From assembly GCA_965372715.1 (NCBI GenBank), contig CBDVDH010000025.1:1-50590 (forward strand): a stretch of DNA of 50,590 nucleotides, in the 5' to 3' direction. The first letter of the stretch is position 1. Each line of letters starts with the position of its first letter. The notes under the pieces were generated by a model, which was not told where the DNA came from, made no database searches, and saw only the letters and a list, made by a program, of their open reading frames with translations. Source of the stretch: an uncultured bacterium. Lineage in GTDB: Bacteria > B130-G9. Below, one piece after another: positions 17,739 through 27,665 of the stretch. The position numbers and the translations under genes are program-made.

Positions 17739-19118
17739 GTGGGAACAGTTCTCGTCGTCGATGACGAGGCCAACATACTGAAGGTCTTTGCTGCGCGGCT
17801 CAAGCGGCATGGTCACAACGTGTTGACCAGCCCGACAGCTGAGGAGGCTCTGGCGAGGCTCAAGAACGAGGATGTGGACGTCCTTCTGTCGGACTACATA
17901 CTGCCGGGCCAGAGCGGGATGGACCTGTTGCGGATAGTTCGAGAGAAACGTCCCGACTTGCCTGTCATAATGATGACGGCGTACGGCAGCATCGAGATGG
18001 CTGTCGAGGCAATGAAGCAAGGCGCCTATGACTACCTGACCAAGCCCGTTGATTACCATGAGATGTGCCTTCTGATTGACCGTGCACTTAGAGAGCGGGA
18101 CCTGGTTCCCTCGGAGCAGCCCGAGATTGACCGCGAAAGTGAATTCGGTGGGATGGTAGGAGCTGCTCCCGAGATGCAGGATGTGTTCGACACAATTCAC
18201 CGGGTCGCGAATAGCCGCGCCACGGTCCTAATCGTGGGGGAAAGCGGCACTGGTAAGGAGCTAGTAGCGCGCGCGCTTCACTACACAAGCATCCGCGAGG
18301 CGGCCCCGTTCGTTGCGGTCAATTGCACGGCCATCCCCGAAACGCTTCTGGAGAATGAGCTCTTTGGCCACGAGAAGGGCTCATACACTGGCGCCTATCG
18401 CCGGGACAAAGGGAAGTTCGAGGTGGCCGACGGTGGCACGCTCTTTCTGGACGAGATCGCTGGCGTAAGCCCCGCAACCCAGGCGAAGCTGCTCCGCGCG
18501 CTTCAGGAGCGATGTTTTCAGCGGATAGGCAGCACGAAGGACATAAGCGTCGATATCCGAGTTGAGGCGTCAACCCAGAAGGACCTTGAGGAACTGGTTC
18601 GGCAGGGCAAGTTCCGTGAGGACCTTTTTTACAGACTCAATGTTATCAGTATAAGGGTCCCGCCGCTTCGCTCGAGAAAGGAAGACATACCGCTTTTGGC
18701 CAGACATTTCCTCAGGAAATACTCAGAGGAGAACTCGAAGCAGATCACCTCGTTTTCGCCGGAGGTGATGCGAGCGTTTATGAACTATGATTGGCCAGGC
18801 AACGTGAGGGAGCTCGAGAACGCTGTCGAACGGGCGGCGGTGATGTGCACCGCCAGCAAGGTGGTCCCGGAGAACATACGGAAATCGATCATGTCTGCGT
18901 CCGCGTTCGATGAAGTGCCTCCAAACATGCCAGCTGATGGGATCGATCTCAGAGAGGTTGAAAGAGGCATCATTGTCAGAGCGCTCGAAGCGAACAACTG
19001 GAACCAGACCACGACCGCGCATTACCTCAAGATCACTCGAAAACAACTTAGAACAAGGATGAAGCACTATGGCCTGCTGGGCGAGACATCAGGAAAGAAC
19101 GACGAAGAGCTCGTGTAA
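17739..19118 (+). CDS. NtrC-family sigma54-dependent response regulator (REC-AAA+-Fis HTH)
   Basis: VVDDE, LSDY, MTAYG, KP; GESGTGKE, ELFGHEKGSYTGA, LFLDEI, FREDLFYRLNV, WPGNVRELEN; C-terminal HTH. Confidence 0.95.
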   Translation: MGTVLVVDDEANILKVFAARLKRHGHNVLTSPTAEEALARLKNEDVDVLLSDYILPGQSGMDLLRIVREKRPDLPVIMMTAYGSIEMAVEAMKQGAYDYLTKPVDYHEMCLLIDRALRERDLVPSEQPEIDRESEFGGMVGAAPEMQDVFDTIHRVANSRATVLIVGESGTGKELVARALHYTSIREAAPFVAVNCTAIPETLLENELFGHEKGSYTGAYRRDKGKFEVADGGTLFLDEIAGVSPATQAKLLRALQERCFQRIGSTKDISVDIRVEASTQKDLEELVRQGKFREDLFYRLNVISIRVPPLRSRKEDIPLLARHFLRKYSEENSKQITSFSPEVMRAFMNYDWPGNVRELENAVERAAVMCTASKVVPENIRKSIMSASAFDEVPPNMPADGIDLREVERGIIVRALEANNWNQTTTAHYLKITRKQLRTRMKHYGLLGETSGKNDEELV

Positions 19119-19158
19119 GCGCGGCTTGTGCGGGCCGGGTCATAATTGCATGCGGGGC

Positions 19159-19234
19159 TGTAGGGGCGGCGCTTGCTCCGCCCTTGATACGTTCGGTCAC
19201 ATCAGAGAAGGGCGGGGCAAGCACCGCCCCTACA
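19159..19234. repeat. GTAG-type REP doublet (REPIN-like), copy 1
   Basis: gtaggggcggcgcttgctccgccctt-spacer-aagggcggggcaagcaccgcccctac. Confidence 0.85.
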
Positions 19235-19256
19235 CTGAAACTTGGAACTAACCGAA

Positions 19257-19958
19257 ATGGACCCATCGAAACTCTTTGTGGCGCTCGACACCGATTCTGT
19301 GGATGACGCTCTATCAATCGTTGATGAGCTCTCGGGAATCATCTCCTCATTCAAGATAGGAAGCTCACTTTTCACACTCGCTGGCGTCGCTGTCGTGGAA
19401 ACGCTGGTTACGAACGGTCTGAACGTGTTTTTGGACCTCAAATTCCACGACATCCCTTCTGTTATCGCAAAAGCCTGCGTCAATCTCGCCGAGATGGGTG
19501 TGAGGGTCATGACTCTGCATACCACGGGAGGGGCGGAGATGATGAAGGCGGCGGCGGACAGCGTTACAGAGGTCTGGGGCGACAAGCCTCACAAGCCGCT
19601 CTTGATGGGGGTGACCGTGCTCACGAGCTTTGACCAACGGATGCTCACGGAGGACCTCTCCTGCCAGAGGCCTCTGAAGGACCAGGTCCTTCATCTGGCT
19701 GGGCTGGCCAAGAAAGCGGGACTCGACGGGGTTGTGGCGTCTGGACAAGAGCTTGAGGCGATTAAGAGAGAGTTCGGCGCCGATTTCAAGGTCCTTGTCC
19801 CGGGCGTCAGGCCGGCCGCGGCTCAAGACGACCAGAAGAGAACGATCACGCCCGCTAGGGCAGTTGAGCTCGGCGCTGATTACCTCGTCGTCGGAAGGCC
19901 CATCACAAAAGCCAGGGACCGGCGAGCGGCCGCAGAGCAGATACTCACCGTTTTCTGA
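19257..19958 (+). CDS. pyrF: Orotidine-5'-phosphate decarboxylase
   Basis: FVALD, KIG, FLDLKFHDIP, VTVLTS, PGVRP, DDQKR, VVGRPIT. Confidence 0.96.
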   Translation: MDPSKLFVALDTDSVDDALSIVDELSGIISSFKIGSSLFTLAGVAVVETLVTNGLNVFLDLKFHDIPSVIAKACVNLAEMGVRVMTLHTTGGAEMMKAAADSVTEVWGDKPHKPLLMGVTVLTSFDQRMLTEDLSCQRPLKDQVLHLAGLAKKAGLDGVVASGQELEAIKREFGADFKVLVPGVRPAAAQDDQKRTITPARAVELGADYLVVGRPITKARDRRAAAEQILTVF

Positions 19959-19989
19959 TCTTACTTGGTTCTGACGAGTTGGCGCCTCC

Positions 19990-22296
19990 TCACTGAAACG
20001 TCCACTGGGCGCTTGCCAGGTTGCTGATCGCGTCCTCTGTGTCGTGGCCATAGAACATCCCGAACCAGGTGTAATTGCCACCTGGCAGACTGTCCGCCAG
20101 CGCCATCTCGAAGAACACATAGTCGCTGATCGAAAAGCCCTCCGGCATCGGCGTCATCCAGTATCCGGGGCTCATCTCCGGGCTGAATCCGGGCCAGAAG
20201 AACAGAGAGCCGTCCGGCAGCATTATCGCGATGTAGAGGTCAACGTCGATATCTCCACCGCTGTTCGTCGCCGATATTCTGGCGACGTGGGTGTCCCCGG
20301 CCGCATATTCGTTCTGGTCCGTTGAGAGCGAGAGTTCGATGGCCGGCCCGGCGGCTTTCTGATAGGCGTAAAGCGACTTGCCCGCAAACGCGCAGATCAC
20401 CCGGTCTTCCTCCCAGGGGTCGATGGCCAACTTCACTAGAGCAACATCCTCAAGCTCAGGACACTCGATCCAGTTCCATTGAAGCCCCGCGGGGTCCAGT
20501 TGATAAAGCCCGGAACCTCGAACCACGCTTCCGCTATATCCTGCAGCGGCGTAAACTCTTGTAAGGTCTCTTGGGTCGATCGCCATGTCGTTAACGTTTG
20601 TGCAGATCAGGCCTTCGGACAAGGGGGAGAACATCACTCCGCCATCCGTTGTCTTCTGAACACCACGGCCCCCCAAATAGACTGTGTCGGGGTCGTCCGG
20701 GCTTATCGCCATGCACCGGAAGCCGTGTTCCATGGTGGCAACCGTGGCCCAGCTCTGGGCGGCATCAGTCGTCCTGTAAAAATCGTAGGCTCCAAACATG
20801 CCTCCGAGCCCTACCCAAAGGACGTTCGCATCGCTCGGCGCTATTGATATTAGCCAGACCTCGTTTCCGTCCAGGGCCAGACCCAAGTTGGATTCCTCCC
20901 AGCTCTGGCCGGCGTCCCGTGATACCATGACTCCCCTGTGTGCTGTCGCAAGATAGATGTTCTGGCCGGTGTCATGATCGATCGCCAGACCGTAGGCGCC
21001 GGGGCCCGGCTCTAGAACTGTCTCCCAGGTCCCGTCATTACCCAAATCCAAAGACCTGATGAGTGTCGAGCCTGTCCAGGCATAGATCGCCGCGTCGTCG
21101 GTCGGGTCAAGAGCTATCCATTTGGGATTCAATTCAATTGTCGTGCCGCTGGCGCCGAGAAGCTGCCAGTCTGTATCCTGCGTCTTTCTAAGAAGGCCCA
21201 TCACGCAATTAGCGAATATCAGGCCAGGCGCCCGATCGCTAACCGCCACGTTGCTGACGCCCCAGGCGGATATGCCTTGATTGGATGGGTACCACGACCC
21301 GCCAGCGTCCTCTGTCCGGTATATGCCAGCCTGTGAGGCAAGCCAAGCGTCAAGCGGCGACTGAGATGAGACGACCAGGTCCCCGGTCACATAGCCGCCA
21401 ATCACAACCCCGTCCTGCCGGGTCTCCCAGCTCGCGCCAGAGTCCGGACTTATGGCAAGCCCAAAGTGCCCGGCCGCATAGACCACGCTCGTGGCGGATG
21501 ACGCGATCGCCACTCTGTTTGTTTGCTGAGCCCAAATGGTGTCCCAAGTGGAACCGCCGTCGGTTGACTTGAAGAGCCCTGCATTCCCAGAGGCGAAGAC
21601 GTTGCGCCGATCGTCCCACTGCACCGCGACTCGCCAGACCACCTCCTCCGGCTGCGGAATGTCAAGCAGCTCCCAGCCGTACGATAGCTCCTCCGACCGA
21701 TAAACTCCGTAATCATCGCCGCAGGCGAAGAAATAGCGGGGCCTATCCGGCGCGCTGCACGTGAAGAAAGCAGTTGTAGTCGTTGTGGGAATGCCCTCGC
21801 CGATTCTCTGCCAATCCGTCAGGCCGTCCTCCGAGGCCAAAAGCCCTTCAGACGTGCAGGCCACCAGAGACCCGCCGTCCGCCGTGTGGCTTGTGAACGA
21901 AAGCCAATGGACCCGGTTGTCGGCAAACACATCGTCCGTGACCTGCTGCCAGCTTTGGCCTGCGTCCATGGAGATAAAAGTATCCCTGCTTGAGGATGCG
22001 GCAACTAGCCCTTGGCCCGCACCGGTTACTGCAACACACGCCACCCTTTTTTGCGGCCCAGGCCAAAGCTTCCGCCTTTGCCAGCTTGCCCCGCCGTCAG
22101 TACTCTTGAACAGGCCTACGGCGCCCGCAAACAACACATCCGGGTCAAGCGGCGCCTGGGCCAGACACTCCATATAACCGCCCCAGGGGCCTATCGGCTG
22201 CCAAGGTCCTGCGGTCATACCAACAGGGGCCAAGCAGCAGAGCAATGTCCACACCAAAACAATGTGAATACGAGAACAGCTAAGAATCCTGACCAT
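19990..22296 (-). CDS. Secreted Asp-box (BNR/VPS10-like) beta-propeller protein with ~120-aa C-terminal beta-rich domain, paralog 1
   Basis: Signal peptide; repeated S/T-x-D-G-G-x-S/T-W boxes; C-terminal DVDLYIAIMLPDGSLFFWP domain. Confidence 0.85.
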   Translation of the reverse strand: MVRILSCSRIHIVLVWTLLCCLAPVGMTAGPWQPIGPWGGYMECLAQAPLDPDVLFAGAVGLFKSTDGGASWQRRKLWPGPQKRVACVAVTGAGQGLVAASSSRDTFISMDAGQSWQQVTDDVFADNRVHWLSFTSHTADGGSLVACTSEGLLASEDGLTDWQRIGEGIPTTTTTAFFTCSAPDRPRYFFACGDDYGVYRSEELSYGWELLDIPQPEEVVWRVAVQWDDRRNVFASGNAGLFKSTDGGSTWDTIWAQQTNRVAIASSATSVVYAAGHFGLAISPDSGASWETRQDGVVIGGYVTGDLVVSSQSPLDAWLASQAGIYRTEDAGGSWYPSNQGISAWGVSNVAVSDRAPGLIFANCVMGLLRKTQDTDWQLLGASGTTIELNPKWIALDPTDDAAIYAWTGSTLIRSLDLGNDGTWETVLEPGPGAYGLAIDHDTGQNIYLATAHRGVMVSRDAGQSWEESNLGLALDGNEVWLISIAPSDANVLWVGLGGMFGAYDFYRTTDAAQSWATVATMEHGFRCMAISPDDPDTVYLGGRGVQKTTDGGVMFSPLSEGLICTNVNDMAIDPRDLTRVYAAAGYSGSVVRGSGLYQLDPAGLQWNWIECPELEDVALVKLAIDPWEEDRVICAFAGKSLYAYQKAAGPAIELSLSTDQNEYAAGDTHVARISATNSGGDIDVDLYIAIMLPDGSLFFWPGFSPEMSPGYWMTPMPEGFSISDYVFFEMALADSLPGGNYTWFGMFYGHDTEDAISNLASAQWTFQ

Positions 22297-22407
22297 GAAT
22301 CGAACCTCCGAAGAATTCCACGAGTTACATTATCCTATTCTGATGTTGTTGGACTCGGCGCCGGTGGGCCAAGCCGGCGCCTGCATCCTTAAGTAAGCTG
22401 AATCTCT

Positions 22408-25059
22408 TTAGTCGCAGTAGGGTGTGATGCTTCCGGACAAGTCACACTCGCCATGGCCATCGCACAGAACGGACCACGAAGCCTCGACTCCACTTCGGAG
22501 ATAGTACATCCCTGAGCTGAAAGTGAGTTTGTTGCAAGGATCACCCTCCTCAGTGAGACCTTGGGTCATTGGCTGATAGGTCCGGCTATTGACCGCAATC
22601 CTTACATCCTTCGCATGGTGTCCGCAGGACAGGTCGCTCTGCACCAGGTGGCTTACGCCAAATTGGACCTCGCAATGACCCCCCACATCGCTTTCGGTCT
22701 CCTCGAGAACACAGAAGTCGCAGAGGGACCTTTGCGGCAGAAATGTCCAGTTGGCGCTTGCCAGGTTGCTGACGGCATCCTCGGTGCCCTGTCCATAGAA
22801 CATCCCGAACCAGGTGTAATTGCCACCTGGCAGACTGTCCGGCAGCGCCATGTCGAAAAACACGTAGTCGCTGATCGAAAAGCCCTCCGGCATCGGCGTC
22901 ATCCAGTATCCGGGGCCCATCTCGGAGCTGAATCCGGGCCAGAAGAACAGGGCGCCGTCCGGCAGCATTATCGCGATGTAGAGGTCAACGTTGATGTCTC
23001 CACCGCTGTTCGTCGCTGATATTCTGGCAACGTGGGTCTCGCCGGCGACGTATTGGTTCTGCTCCGTTGAGAGCGAGAGTTCGATGGCTGGCCCGGCGGC
23101 TTTCTGGTAAGCGTAAAGGGAGCCGCCCATGAATGCACACAGAACACGGCCTTGCTCCCAGGGGTCAACAGCGACTTTGTAAAGACCACGCGCATCGATG
23201 CCCGGACACTCGATCCACTCCCATTCAAGCCCGGCGATCGGGTCCAGCGCGTAAAGCCCGGCCCCTGGATAACTACTGCCTCGCATTTCAGTGGCGGCAT
23301 ATACGATTCTTGTGTCTGTGGGATCAATCGCGACGTCGGAAACGGACATGTCCGGTAGTCCTTCGGACAACGGGACGAAAGTCTTGCCCCCATCCGAGGT
23401 CTTCTCAACCCTGTTACCTCCGTAGTTAACTCCAAGATACACGACGTCGGCGTCTGAGGGGTCTATCGTAATGCAGTTGACGCCGTAGGTGATGGTCGCA
23501 ACTGTGGCCCAGCTCTGGCCGGCGTCAGTCGTTTTGTAGATATCTTTGACCGCCCAGACATCTCCGAGGGCTGCCCAAAGGACGTTTGGATCGCTCGGAG
23601 CAATTGATATCAGCCACACACCCTTTCCGTCCAGGGCCAGACCTGAGTTCGATTCCTGCCAGCTCTCGCCGCCGTCCCGGGACACCATGACGCCTCTGCT
23701 CAGAGTGGCAAGGTAGAGGTTGTCCCCGTTCTCAGCGTCGATCGCCAGACCGTATGGGCCGGGGACCAGTTCTAGCACGCTCTCCCAGGTTCCGGCATTT
23801 CCCGTATCACGTGACCTGATGAGTCCCTGATATGTCGAGGCATAGACCGTCGCGTCGTCGGTTGGGTCAAGAGCTATCCACGAGACAGAAAGATCAATGG
23901 TCGTGCCCGTCACGCCCAAAAGCTGCCAGTCTGCCTCTTGCGTCTTCCTGAAGAGGTCGCCCACGCAGTTAGCGAATATCAGGCCAGGCGCCCGGTCGCT
24001 GACCGCCACGTTGCTGACGCTCCAGGAGGATATCCCCTGATTGGATGGATACCACGATCCCCCGGCATCCTCTGTCCGATATACGCCAGCGAATGAGGCA
24101 AGCCAAGCGTCAAGCGGCGACTGGGATGAGACGACCAGGTCGCCCGTCACCCAATTGCCTATTACAAGTCCGTCCTGCCGGGTCTGCCAGCTCGCGCCAG
24201 AGTCTGGACTTACCACAAGCCCGAACCCCCCGGCGGCGTAAATCACGGTCGTGGCGGATGAGGCGAGCGCTACTCTGTCCGTCTCCTCTTGCCAGATTGT
24301 ATCCCACGTGGACCCACCGTCGGTTGACCTAAAGACCCCCGCCTCACCACACGCATAGACGTTCATGCGGTTGCGCCATTCGACCGCGACCCTCTTGATG
24401 CGAAGTTCTGGCTGGGGCAAATCGAGCTCTTGCCAACCTGATGCCAGGTCCTCCGAACGATAAAGCCCTTGGTTTTGCCCGCACGCGAAGTAATACCGGG
24501 CCTCCCCGGGAGCGCTGCACGTGAAGAAAGCAGTTGTAGTCGTTGTGGGAATGCCCTCGCCGATTCTCTGCCAATCCGTCAGGCTGTCATCCGAGGCGAA
24601 AAGCCCTTCAGACGTGCAGGCAACGAGAGACCCACCGTCCGCCGTGTGGCTTGTGAACGAAAGCCAATGAACCTTGTTGTCGGCAAACACATCATCCGTG
24701 GCCTGCTGCCAGCTTTGGCCTCCGTCGCTCGAGACAAGGGGATAATTCACGCCGAAGCTGAACGCCGTAGCAAGCAGGTCCTGCCCTGCGCCGGCTGCAG
24801 TGACGCAGCTTACAAAGCCTTGTTTAGGGACCGGAAGCCTATACCAGCTTGCACCGCCGTCCCCGGACTTGAACAAGGCATCGCAACCTGCGAAAAGGAC
24901 GTTCGGCTCAAGCGGCGCCTGCGCCAGACAATACATCTCTCCGCCCCAGGGGCCTATTGTTTCCCAACTTCCACTCGCGCCGGCCAGCTGGCCCAGGCCA
25001 GCAAACAGCGCAAACGTCACGATCAGTGCATGAAATCGTCGATGAGGATGAAAATACAT
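22408..25059 (-). CDS. Secreted Asp-box beta-propeller protein, paralog 2, with an extra 8-Cys C-terminal extension
   Basis: Colinear with 19990-22296, with long near-identical blocks; about 110 additional aa after ...WTF. Confidence 0.85.
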   Translation of the reverse strand: MYFHPHRRFHALIVTFALFAGLGQLAGASGSWETIGPWGGEMYCLAQAPLEPNVLFAGCDALFKSGDGGASWYRLPVPKQGFVSCVTAAGAGQDLLATAFSFGVNYPLVSSDGGQSWQQATDDVFADNKVHWLSFTSHTADGGSLVACTSEGLFASDDSLTDWQRIGEGIPTTTTTAFFTCSAPGEARYYFACGQNQGLYRSEDLASGWQELDLPQPELRIKRVAVEWRNRMNVYACGEAGVFRSTDGGSTWDTIWQEETDRVALASSATTVIYAAGGFGLVVSPDSGASWQTRQDGLVIGNWVTGDLVVSSQSPLDAWLASFAGVYRTEDAGGSWYPSNQGISSWSVSNVAVSDRAPGLIFANCVGDLFRKTQEADWQLLGVTGTTIDLSVSWIALDPTDDATVYASTYQGLIRSRDTGNAGTWESVLELVPGPYGLAIDAENGDNLYLATLSRGVMVSRDGGESWQESNSGLALDGKGVWLISIAPSDPNVLWAALGDVWAVKDIYKTTDAGQSWATVATITYGVNCITIDPSDADVVYLGVNYGGNRVEKTSDGGKTFVPLSEGLPDMSVSDVAIDPTDTRIVYAATEMRGSSYPGAGLYALDPIAGLEWEWIECPGIDARGLYKVAVDPWEQGRVLCAFMGGSLYAYQKAAGPAIELSLSTEQNQYVAGETHVARISATNSGGDINVDLYIAIMLPDGALFFWPGFSSEMGPGYWMTPMPEGFSISDYVFFDMALPDSLPGGNYTWFGMFYGQGTEDAVSNLASANWTFLPQRSLCDFCVLEETESDVGGHCEVQFGVSHLVQSDLSCGHHAKDVRIAVNSRTYQPMTQGLTEEGDPCNKLTFSSGMYYLRSGVEASWSVLCDGHGECDLSGSITPYCD

Positions 25060-25447
25060 CCTAAGCTATCTCCCTTAGAAGATTGTGATGCGGTCTTGAA
25101 TCAAGTCCAAACACCATGCGGCAGATGCGGTAGGTGGGCCAAACCCGCCGTTCGCCGTTGTACCCGTATGAGGAAGTGTATTACTGAAGCATCAGCCCCT
25201 TTCGTCCTGCCCGTTCCGAGCGTCCCGGAAGCCAGTTGGCCCAAGACCAAACGCGGGACGCCGGTTTAGGCAGTCTGTCAACGTCTCTCTCTGACTCTTG
25301 ATACAGACTTCGTCTTCCGAGAGGATAATACCGATCTCCAAGACCCATGTCAACAGAAAAACGTCCCTTCACGGGGAATGGCAAGACCAAGAGTTATCAG
25401 CAGCAATCACGCGATTCAATGAGCCGGAGGCAGTAATCACTAGGCAA

Positions 25448-25486
25448 GGCAGGCTGGAAAGCCCGCCCACATCTCATCCGCAGTCT
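25448..25486. repeat. REP-like arm of the same family as 7245-7356
   Basis: ggcaggctggaaagcccgcccacatctcatccgcagtct resembles 7331-7370. Confidence 0.55.
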
Positions 25487-25595
25487 ATGAACAATACGGA
25501 CTGGCGCCGATCGCTCGGTCTCCGTCGGCGCCCCGGCCCTGCACAGCCCAGGCCGACAACGCTTCGGGGGCCGTGAGCTCCGCCCCTGGACAACC

Positions 25596-26102
25596 TCATG
25601 GTACTTTGGTCTTGCGCCTGCGGGCCTCAAGCCGCTCCATTTTGGCGTAGGTGTCCTCGATCTTATTCTCAGCTGATTCGACCCACTCGTGGTTTGGCGA
25701 GATTCTGACCGTCCTGTAGGCCGAGAGGGCAAGATGAAACTCGTTCTTGTTGAGGCAGTCGTCCCCGATTTGCATCAGAGCCTTCGCGGCCCTCGGCAAA
25801 TACTGATTGAAAGGCGTGTAGGAATGAAGGCAGTTGTCGAAAGCCGTAACCGCCTTGACCACGCTCTGGAAGTAGTCATATTGGACCTGCTCGAACTGCT
25901 CCTTTTCGGCGTCCGAAAGAAGGTCCCTTTCCTTCCGCGGAAGAAGCTTCGCATAGGCCCTGAAACTACTCGGGATACTCGCCACTAGCGCATCGCCTCG
26001 GCGCACTTGGGCCCGCGACCTAAGAAAGACGTGCACCCAGACCGACGTATAGATAAATGCGAACAGACAGACAATCGTAAGAGCGATCTCGCTCTTCTTC
26101 AT
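25596..26102 (-). CDS. Hypothetical membrane-anchored helical (TPR-like) protein
   Basis: Probable start MKKSEIALTIVCLFAFIYTSVWV (ATG 26102); AAKALMQIGD...ALSAYRTV is TPR-like. Confidence 0.65.
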   Translation of the reverse strand: MKKSEIALTIVCLFAFIYTSVWVHVFLRSRAQVRRGDALVASIPSSFRAYAKLLPRKERDLLSDAEKEQFEQVQYDYFQSVVKAVTAFDNCLHSYTPFNQYLPRAAKALMQIGDDCLNKNEFHLALSAYRTVRISPNHEWVESAENKIEDTYAKMERLEARRRKTKVP

Positions 26103-26190
26103 CGAAGCCCTTTCTTCTCCGTGAACGCAAGCGCACGAATGCAGGTCTCGCAAACCTACCCCAGAGGCGACCTCCTTGTCAAATGGGGTT

Positions 26191-26544
26191 TGACCCTGGA
26201 TTGTAGGTAGTGTTGGGTTCATGCGATGATACCTGTGGAAGATGCCGCCCACGTTGCGATCTCCGACATGTGATGAGTTGATGAGTCCCTCATCGCCCGG
26301 CTTCAGCCGAGGCGATGCGGAAGGCTACCATTGTCCTAACCTGCATCTTCCAGATGGGGGCTCTGGGCCAGCTCGACATCCTCCTCTATATCCTGTCTAG
26401 GTGAGGGTGTTGGGGAGGAGGATGGCGCCTCGGCGGCCTCACATCACCCGACTGGAAGAGGCTGTTAAGATAATGAGAGCCATCTATATAACCGCGTTGA
26501 AACGCGGTCGAGATGACTAAAACTCTACCCACAATCTAAGGTCA
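26191..26544. other. Structured non-coding element bounded by imperfect 32-bp inverted repeats
   Basis: Arms 26191-26222 and 26513-26544 (24/32 match) enclosing several nested hairpins. Confidence 0.45.
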
Positions 26545-26600
26545 CACCCGTCAAATCTCGGCGGCAGATAGTCGGAAGCCGAAGGCCTCCGGCCGGCGGG

Positions 26601-27665
26601 TCAGCCTCGAACCTCCAGCTTGGGCTCGTCAATGCCAAGCACCCGGTCCAGCGCCTCGCAAACTGCCTCGACAGTAATAGCCCTCATGCACTCGTAAGTG
26701 TGCTTGGCGCATTCCCGCTTCAAACACGGCGCGCACTCGACCCCGGACGCGATGACGACGTGCTTGTCCCCGAGGGGCCTCGTGGCCGCTGGATCGGTCG
26801 AGCCGAAAATGCCGATGACTGGCGGCCCAACCGCCGCTGCAATGTGCATCAAGCCAGAATCGTTCGATAACACAGCTCGGGACCGGGCCAGAACCCCGGC
26901 CGCCTCGAGCAGGGATGTTTTCCCAGCCAAGTCAACGCACCTGCTCGACGTTATCCCGGCTATGCCCGAGGTTATCCAATCCTCGCTCCCGCTCCCTAGC
27001 AGGACAGACGGGATCCTATGGCCCCCCCACACGTTTTCGATGACCTTCGCGAAACGGTCTGGGAGCCAGCGCTTTGCGGAGCCGAATGCCGCACCTGGGC
27101 ACACCGCGAGATAGCTTCTGGGGGCACGCCCGCCCAGAGCCTCCGCCACCAATTCACGTGCTCTCTCCTGCTGTTCCTGAGGAACCTTCAGTGTCGGAAT
27201 CCCACTGCCCTCTGTGCTCATTCCCGCCGCCTGGAGCAGGTTCAAGTAGTATTCCACGTGGTGCAGGCGCCTGACCTCGGGCGTAACCCGCACGGGGCTC
27301 GTCAGCAATAACGCTCTACAATCGGTCGCATACCCCACCCGCTCGGGTATCCGCGCCGCGAAGGCCAGCAGCGCCGCCTCGAATGCGTTCTGGAAAAGAA
27401 ATGCCTTCTGAAAACGCCGCTTCTTCAATATCGGGATGGCTCTCATAAAGGTAAGTTCAGCGGAACTACTAGACCCACGCGGATGCAAGCCAAGGTAGGG
27501 CACGACACCCGCGACGCCATCGACCGCCTCGAATATGGGGGCCACCCGGGGCCTGGCGAGAACGTGCACCTCCGCGTCCGGGTGGTGTTTGATTATGGCT
27601 TCCAGGGCGGGCAGGTTCATCACCGCGTCCCCCACCCAGTTGGTAGCCCTGACGAGTATCCTCAT
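26601..27665 (-). CDS. waaF: LPS heptosyltransferase II (GT9)
   Basis: RATNWVGDAVM, CPGAAFGSAKRW, DLAGKTSL, NDSGLMHIAAA, FGSTDP, CAPCLKREC. Confidence 0.93.
   Translation of the reverse strand: MRILVRATNWVGDAVMNLPALEAIIKHHPDAEVHVLARPRVAPIFEAVDGVAGVVPYLGLHPRGSSSSAELTFMRAIPILKKRRFQKAFLFQNAFEAALLAFAARIPERVGYATDCRALLLTSPVRVTPEVRRLHHVEYYLNLLQAAGMSTEGSGIPTLKVPQEQQERARELVAEALGGRAPRSYLAVCPGAAFGSAKRWLPDRFAKVIENVWGGHRIPSVLLGSGSEDWITSGIAGITSSRCVDLAGKTSLLEAAGVLARSRAVLSNDSGLMHIAAAVGPPVIGIFGSTDPAATRPLGDKHVVIASGVECAPCLKRECAKHTYECMRAITVEAVCEALDRVLGIDEPKLEVRG

Noticed and set aside
19990-23110. Diversity-generating retroelement TR/VR pair
   Set aside because: Mismatches between the copies are not adenine-specific, both copies are coding, and no reverse transcriptase is in the window.
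24469-25269. Long antisense ORFs (this one, 29182-30042, 19365-20120, 37903-38541 and others)
   Set aside because: Shadow frames of well-supported genes in GC-rich DNA, with no protein motifs.
26191-26544. tmRNA or RNase P RNA (similar size)
   Set aside because: No tRNA-like ends or T-loop, and no GAGGAAAGUCC motif on either strand.
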